NCBI RefSeq assembly: GCF_004765795.1
Contig: NZ_SBIV01000001.1
Span: 620,001 to 684,000, forward strand
Source of the DNA: Halorussus marinus
GTDB taxonomy: Archaea > Halobacteriota > Halobacteria > Halobacteriales > Haladaptataceae
Length of the DNA stretch: 64,000 nt
Direction: 5' to 3'
Every line of letters begins with the position of its first letter. The stretch's first letter is position 1. The notes below the pieces were generated by a model. The model did no database searches. It was not told the DNA's origin and saw only the letters and a list, made by a program, of their open reading frames with translations. The translations under genes and the position numbers were made by a program. Of the stretch, positions 60,492 through 64,000 are shown one piece after another.

Positions 60492-61729
60492 AAACTGCTG
60501 TCGGCGTGCTCCCAGTCGTCGTAGTACGCCCGCTGGCTGTCGGTGAGTTCGTCGATCGAGACGTCGAGGGTCTCTAGCTTCCGGTCGGCGACCGCGCGGT
60601 CGAGCCGGTCCGGGATGGCGTACACGCCCGCCGAGAGCCGGTCGTCGCCGGTCAGCATGTCGCGGGCGGCCACGAACATCATTGCGAACGTCGTGTCCAT
60701 CACCTCGGCGGGGTGGCCCTGACTGTACGGTCCGGTGAGGTTCACCAGTCGCCCGTCGGCAAGCAGATCGAGGCGTCGACCGTCTGGGAGGTGGTATCTG
60801 GTGACGCCTTCCTTCGGGTCCGAGACGTCCTCGGCCATGGCTTCGAGGTCCTCGACGACGATCTCGACGTCGAAGTGGCCGGAGTTGGCGAGCATCGCGC
60901 CGTCGGCCATCTTCTCGAAGTGCTCGCGGCGCAACACGTCCCGGTTGCCGGTCGTCGTGACGAACAGGTCGCCCTCCTCGGCGGCCTCGTCCATGCTCAT
61001 CACGCGGTGGCCGTCCATGTGGGCCTCCAGCGCCTTCCGGGAGTCGATCTCGGTCACGACCGTCTGGGCGCCCATGCCCCGGGCCTTCCGGGCGACGCCC
61101 CGCCCGCAGTAGCCGTAGCCGGCGACCACCACGGTCTTGCCCGAGATGATGCTGTTGGTCGAGATGGCGATGTTCGTGAGCGACGACTCGCCGGTCCCGT
61201 GGACGTTGTCGAAGAAGTGCTTCATCGGCGTGTCGTTGACGCTGTACACCGGGAACTCGAGCACGCCCTCCTCGTCCATCGCTTCGAGCCGGGTGACCCC
61301 GGCGGTGGTCTGCTCGCCCCCGCCGAGGACGCCGGCGGCGACCTCGGGGTGGTCGGCGTGGACCTTGGCGATCAGCTCACACCCGTCGTCGAGGATGAAG
61401 TCGGGTTCGCGTTCGAGCAGGTCGTGCTGGGCGGCGTCGAACGCCTCGTCGGACATCCCCTCCTCGGCGAAGGCGGTGATGCCCTCGACCGCGTCGAGGG
61501 CGTTCACGACGTCGCCGTGGGTGCTCTGGGGCTCGCTCGGCGCGAACAGCACCTCCGCGCCGGCGGCGTGGAGCGTCTCGATGAGCACGCCGGTCTTCGC
61601 TTCCAGATGGGAGGCGACCGCGACGGTGTAGCCGTCGAACGGCCGGGTCTCGCCGTACTCCTCGGCGAACGAACGCAGGATCGGTGTGTGATCGCGGGCC
61701 CACGCGAGCGGGTCGTCGGGGTCTGGCAT
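60488..61729 (-). CDS. ahcY: Adenosylhomocysteinase family protein (divergent)
   Basis: HLEAKT, LDDG, KHFFDNVHGTG, GYGYCGRG, GHFDVE, GRLVNL, GHP; EETTTG motif reads EQTTAG. Confidence 0.85.
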   Translation of the reverse strand: MPDPDDPLAWARDHTPILRSFAEEYGETRPFDGYTVAVASHLEAKTGVLIETLHAAGAEVLFAPSEPQSTHGDVVNALDAVEGITAFAEEGMSDEAFDAAQHDLLEREPDFILDDGCELIAKVHADHPEVAAGVLGGGEQTTAGVTRLEAMDEEGVLEFPVYSVNDTPMKHFFDNVHGTGESSLTNIAISTNSIISGKTVVVAGYGYCGRGVARKARGMGAQTVVTEIDSRKALEAHMDGHRVMSMDEAAEEGDLFVTTTGNRDVLRREHFEKMADGAMLANSGHFDVEIVVEDLEAMAEDVSDPKEGVTRYHLPDGRRLDLLADGRLVNLTGPYSQGHPAEVMDTTFAMMFVAARDMLTGDDRLSAGVYAIPDRLDRAVADRKLETLDVSIDELTDSQRAYYDDWEHADSSF

Positions 61730-61801
61730 GCCCGGAGGGTCTCGGCGCGGGCGGATAAACGTTCAGAACGCGGTAACGGGTCGGGATTCGGAGCGCGCCG
61801 A

Positions 61802-62002
61802 CTACTTGGCGTCGGCGTCGTCCGGACCGCGGTAGTTCGCCAGCGCGGCCCAGCCGAGTACCCCAGCGGGGAGACCGACCAGTACCAGCGCGGCCAGCAC
61901 GCGCGCCCCACCGAGGGCGACGAGTACGCCCGCGAGCAGGGCGGCGATGGTCGCCAGCAGTACGACGACGGCGTCGAGTCGCCGTCGGAGGGCATCGTCC
62001 AT
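61802..62002 (-). CDS. Small two-TM membrane protein
   Basis: MDDALRRRLDAVVVLLATIAALLAG...; intergenic and hydrophobic. Confidence 0.6.
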   Translation of the reverse strand: MDDALRRRLDAVVVLLATIAALLAGVLVALGGARVLAALVLVGLPAGVLGWAALANYRGPDDADAK

Positions 62003-62098
62003 ACGGAGATCGTGTCCTCTCACCGACAAGTAAGTGCCGGACGCTCGCGGCGGCGCCGAACCGAACCGGACTTACGATCGGCGTCTGACACGAGGGGT

Positions 62099-62296
62099 AT
62101 GGCCGACACGGAACTCCGCCGCCGGCTCGCCTACGTCCACCAGACGCTCGAACTGATCGCTCTCCTGCTCGCGGTCGCCGTCGCCCAGACGAACGCGATC
62201 GGCCTCCTCGCGGGCGTCGGTGCCGTGGTCCTGCTGGCGGTGAACGTCGCCACTCGGACCTTCGGAGCGTCGGACGACGAACCGACCGCCGAATAG
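62099..62296 (+). CDS. Small two-TM membrane protein
   Basis: MADTELRRRLAYVHQTLELIALLLAV...; GAGGGG before ATG. Confidence 0.6.
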   Translation: MADTELRRRLAYVHQTLELIALLLAVAVAQTNAIGLLAGVGAVVLLAVNVATRTFGASDDEPTAE

Positions 62297-62311
62297 CGGT
62301 CGCCCCGCCGG

Positions 62312-62737
62312 CTACCCCGTCTTGTAGACGCCCCGGGCCTCGGCGACCGGCGTCCCGACGGCTTCGGCGTCTCCACGAGGCTCCTCCGAAGCCTTTCGGT
62401 CCTCGGCGTACACCTCCACGTCGACCGCGCCCACGTCGCTCCCACACCGGACCACCTCGGCCTCCGCGCGCAGGTCGCCGGTCCCGGCTTCGAGGTAGTC
62501 GATCCGCATGTCGATGGTGGGCACCGGCCGGTCGACGAGCGAGACCAGCGCCGCGCCGCCGACGGTGTCCGCGAGCGTGAACGTGACCCCGCCGTGGGCC
62601 ATCTGGCGGTCGGCGTTCCACGACAGCTCCTCGCGCATCTCGACGCGACCCTCGGCGCGACCGTCCCCGACCTCCGTCACCTCGACGCCGAGCAAGTCGG
62701 CGAACGGCATCTCCTCGAAGAAGGCTTCGACGTCCAT
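62312..62737 (-). CDS. paaI: PaaI family hotdog thioesterase
   Basis: MPFADLLG, AHGGVTFTLADTVGG, TIDMRIDYL. Confidence 0.85.
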   Translation of the reverse strand: MDVEAFFEEMPFADLLGVEVTEVGDGRAEGRVEMREELSWNADRQMAHGGVTFTLADTVGGAALVSLVDRPVPTIDMRIDYLEAGTGDLRAEAEVVRCGSDVGAVDVEVYAEDRKASEEPRGDAEAVGTPVAEARGVYKTG

Positions 62738-62790
62738 ACGTCGGGTCCGACCGGCGAGCAATTAAACGTGTGGCCTCCCACGTCGAAGCT

Positions 62791-63555
62791 ATGGACATCA
62801 CCGACGACGACGGCGTACGCACCGTCACGTTCGACCGCCCCGAAGTGATGAACGCGTTCACCACCGAGACGGCCGCGCAACTGGCCGACGCGCTCGCCGA
62901 TCTCGACCCCGACGACCACGACGCGGTCGTGCTCACCGGCGAGGGCCCGGCGTTCAGCGCCGGCGGCGACGTCGAGTCGATGGCCGAGCGCGAGGAGAGC
63001 CCCGAGGCCGCCTACGAGCGCATCGGCGAGACGTTCGGCCGCGTGGTCGAGGAGGCGATGTCCTCGCGGGTCCCGATCGTCGCCAAGGTGAACGGCGACG
63101 CCGTCGGCGCCGGCCTCGCCATCGCCGCGGTCGCGGACTTCGCCTACGCGGTCGAGTCGGCGACGTTCAGTTGCGCGTTCGTCCGGGTCGGGCTGATCCC
63201 CGACACCGGCGGTACCTTCCTGCTCCCGGAACTCGTCGGGCTCCGAACCGCGAAGCGACTCGCGTTCACCGGCGAGTTCTTCGACGCCGAGGAGGCGGCC
63301 CAACTGGGGCTGATCAACGAGGCGGTCGCCGACGACGCGCTCGACGACGCCGTCGACGACCTGCTCGATACCCTTCGAGCGCGCCCGACGCGGACGATCG
63401 GGCTCGCCAAGCGCGCCATCCACCGGAACCTCGGGAAGGGATGGAGCGACGCGCTCGACTACGAGAACGTCGTCCAGTCTCAGGCCTACGAGACGGCCGA
63501 ACACGAAGAGGGCGTCGCGGCGTTCCTCGACGGCCGGGAGCCCGAGTTCGAGTAG
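62791..63555 (+). CDS. Enoyl-CoA hydratase/isomerase (PaaG-like)
   Basis: FDRPEVMNA, AFSAGGD, GDAVGAG, GLIPDTG, EGVAAF. Confidence 0.9.
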   Translation: MDITDDDGVRTVTFDRPEVMNAFTTETAAQLADALADLDPDDHDAVVLTGEGPAFSAGGDVESMAEREESPEAAYERIGETFGRVVEEAMSSRVPIVAKVNGDAVGAGLAIAAVADFAYAVESATFSCAFVRVGLIPDTGGTFLLPELVGLRTAKRLAFTGEFFDAEEAAQLGLINEAVADDALDDAVDDLLDTLRARPTRTIGLAKRAIHRNLGKGWSDALDYENVVQSQAYETAEHEEGVAAFLDGREPEFE

Positions 63556-63574
63556 TCTCCTTTTCGGCCGTTCG

Positions 63575-64000
63575 TCAGGCGAACAGCCGCCGGAAGGCGG
63601 CGTCCGGAAGCAGTTTCAAGAGCCACGCGACCGCGTACCACCGCCGGGGGACGTACGCGCGGCGAGGGGCCCGCCGGATCGCCCGGTGGACGCCGCGGGC
63701 CGCACGCTCGGGCGAGACCTCCCAGAACCGGCTCCCGCCGGTCGCCATCTCGGTGTCGACGTAGCCCGGCCGGACGTCGGTCACGGTCACGTCGGCGTCG
63801 AGGCGCTGGGCGCGGTACCGGAGCCCGTCGAGGTACCGCGAGACCCACGCCTTCGAGGCGCTGTACCCCGGCGCGACCCCGTTTCCGAACAGCGCCGCGA
63901 CCGACGAGACGCCGACGAGGTGGCCCTCGCCGCGTCGCTCGAAGTGGTCCAGCGCGACGTTCGCCCCCGCGGCGAACCCCCGGACGTTCACGTCGATGGT
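63575..64000 (-). CDS. SDR family oxidoreductase, 3' part (start outside window)
   Basis: GVSSVA, YSASK catalytic motif, RPGYVDT. Confidence 0.88.
   Translation of the reverse strand, partial: TIDVNVRGFAAGANVALDHFERRGEGHLVGVSSVAALFGNGVAPGYSASKAWVSRYLDGLRYRAQRLDADVTVTDVRPGYVDTEMATGGSRFWEVSPERAARGVHRAIRRAPRRAYVPRRWYAVAWLLKLLPDAAFRRLFA

Noticed and set aside
23194..61729. Window-wide sulfur-metabolism island (sulfatase, mat, thiI, cysK, gshA, ahcY)
   Set aside because: Genes are scattered, differently oriented and mostly in core gene blocks; likely coincidence

Overview
High-GC haloarchaeal (class Halobacteria) chromosomal window with acidic proteins and leaderless-type promoters. Most of it is core genes: aIF2beta, ogg, tfe-DUF2110-DUF5803, a PhoU-like regulator, trmB, cyaB-mat-thiI, cysK, purD, mscS-dacZ, tRNA-Leu(TAG), coaD, gshA, flpA-nop5 and ogt. 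Accessory modules sit between them: (i) two low-complexity proteins, one a charged hydrophilin-like ORF and one a Gln/Met/His octapeptide-repeat protein fused to a Cys-containing four-helix bundle, which share a leader motif; (ii) KaiC-like ATPase, inactive-KaiC, HalOD1 and winged-HTH signalling genes; (iii) a TrmB-sulfatase-sugar ABC-oxidoreductase cluster; (iv) a lone 1300-aa Type IIG (Eco57I-like) restriction-modification gene with an AT-richer target-recognition region, lying just downstream of tRNA-Leu next to a tRNA-derived hairpin; (v) a phenylacetyl-CoA epoxidase operon with a split PaaD and no reductase in the window; (vi) a QueT-type ECF transporter converging on an AhcY homolog with an altered catalytic motif. 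Two sub-60-aa genes missing from the ORF track were found by hand. No CRISPR array, rRNA, integrase or transposase was seen. Family names come from motif recognition only; no database search was run.
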